NCBI GenBank assembly: GCA_045546315.1
Contig: JAZQCN010000059.1
Location: 136,510-200,509 of the forward strand
Direction of reading: 5' to 3'
Source of the DNA: Clostridia bacterium
GTDB taxonomy: Bacteria > Bacillota > Clostridia > UBA1381 > UMGS1253
Length of the DNA: 64,000 nucleotides
Positions 63,768 to 64,000 of the stretch are shown here, one piece after another; position 1 is the first letter of the stretch, and each line of letters begins with the position of its first letter. The notes under the pieces were generated by a model. It did no database searches. It was not told where the DNA came from and saw nothing but the letters and a program-made list of their open reading frames with translations. The position numbers and the translations under genes are program-made.

Positions 63768-64000
63768 AATAAAAATGCTGTGGTAATTTAAAATTACCAC
63801 AGCAGCGTTTTCCTGTGACGCGCACAATCTGATTGCAAGGTGATGCAATCAAAACTGCTGTTCCTATACATAAAAGCATTTACGGAACAGCATCAAAGCA
63901 GGTCTTCTGACTCGTGCCTTCGCGCCTATACTCTGCCTTCTCGGTTTCCCAATGACTGACTTTCGTCAACGGATATAAAAACTTTGGCACACACACCGAC
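63768..64000 (-). promoter_or_regulatory. candidate cobalamin riboswitch with terminator expression platform (5' part probably beyond the window edge)
   Basis: On the minus strand there is a B12-box-like GAGTCAGAAGACCTGC (63898-63913) preceded by CATTGGGAAACCGAGAAGGC. A terminator GCTGTGGTAATTTTAAATTACCACAGC plus ATTTTTAT (63768-63803) sits immediately before the RBS. Confidence 0.5.

Noticed and set aside
63935-63975. TTGACG that looked like a -35 box for the ECF operon.
   Set aside because: There is no acceptable -10 at 16-18 nt, and the segment is better explained as part of the riboswitch aptamer, whose 5' end likely lies beyond the window.
1-64000. Search for mobile elements, prophage, toxin-antitoxin systems, restriction-modification or other defence systems, rRNA and tRNA genes.
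   Set aside because: No integrase, transposase, recombinase, terminal inverted repeats, cas genes, methyltransferase-nuclease pairs or cloverleaf/rRNA-like sequences were recognised by eye. A tRNAscan/Infernal and defence-finder run would be needed to be certain.

Overview
This window is the chromosomal replication-origin neighbourhood of a Clostridia-type (Bacillota) bacterium. That placement is an inference from gene content, SLH-domain surface proteins and a spoVM-like micro-ORF. No rRNA, tRNA, CRISPR array, transposase, integrase or recognisable defence system was found.

Main blocks:
- 0-11 kb: envelope and housekeeping genes. These are a secreted protein, a CPBP protease, a DJ-1 family protein, a processive GT2 glycosyltransferase, a LysM-G5-M23 peptidase, fhs and an FAD oxidoreductase.
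- 11.1-25.6 kb: a complete minus-strand glycyl-radical-enzyme bacterial microcompartment (BMC) locus of the fucose/rhamnose (GRM5-like) type. It runs HAD phosphatase, glycyl radical enzyme (GRE), activase, PduU/EutS, PduV/EutP, class II aldolase, GlcG/DUF336, Zn-ADH, 2x BMC-H, BMC-P, PduS-like, PduT-like, acylating aldehyde dehydrogenase, BMC-T, PduL, DeoR regulator.
- 25.6-30.3 kb: AraC regulator plus GH2 glycosidase, trmB, serS.
- 30.3-39.9 kb: origin module on the minus strand (DUF4446, parB, parA, two parS sites, gyrB, remB-like, recF, yaaA, dnaN, dnaA). A bipartite oriC flanks dnaA, with DnaA boxes, a DnaA-trio run and an AT-rich unwinding element.
- 39.9-45.7 kb: Dabb protein, a 1161-aa secreted beta-helix protein, ptsH-ptsI.
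- 45.9-55.9 kb: a 2108-aa vWA/MucBP/Listeria-Bacteroides-repeat/SLH surface protein with a translationally coupled small Cys protein, a dual-HTH LuxR-type regulator, and an SLH-DHHW protein.
- 56-59.3 kb: creatininase-family, ASRT-family and M24 peptidase cluster with a divergent AraC regulator.
- 60.2-64 kb: an ECF transporter with a fused A-A'-S polypeptide behind a probable cobalamin riboswitch that runs off the window edge.

Most unusual observations:
- A phased array of about ten short stem-loops with conserved AATTCATG linkers at 2.6-2.8 kb.
- A 123-codon uncharacterised reading frame that runs without a stop into the BMC alcohol dehydrogenase.
- A BMC-H shell gene with a Lys-rich N-terminal extension and two Shine-Dalgarno-backed starts.
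- Unannotated micro-ORFs, including a SpoVM-like peptide.
- A parS site built into the gyrB terminator.
- A visibly AT-richer block covering the origin module.

All calls come from reading the sequence and the ORF track. No database search was run.
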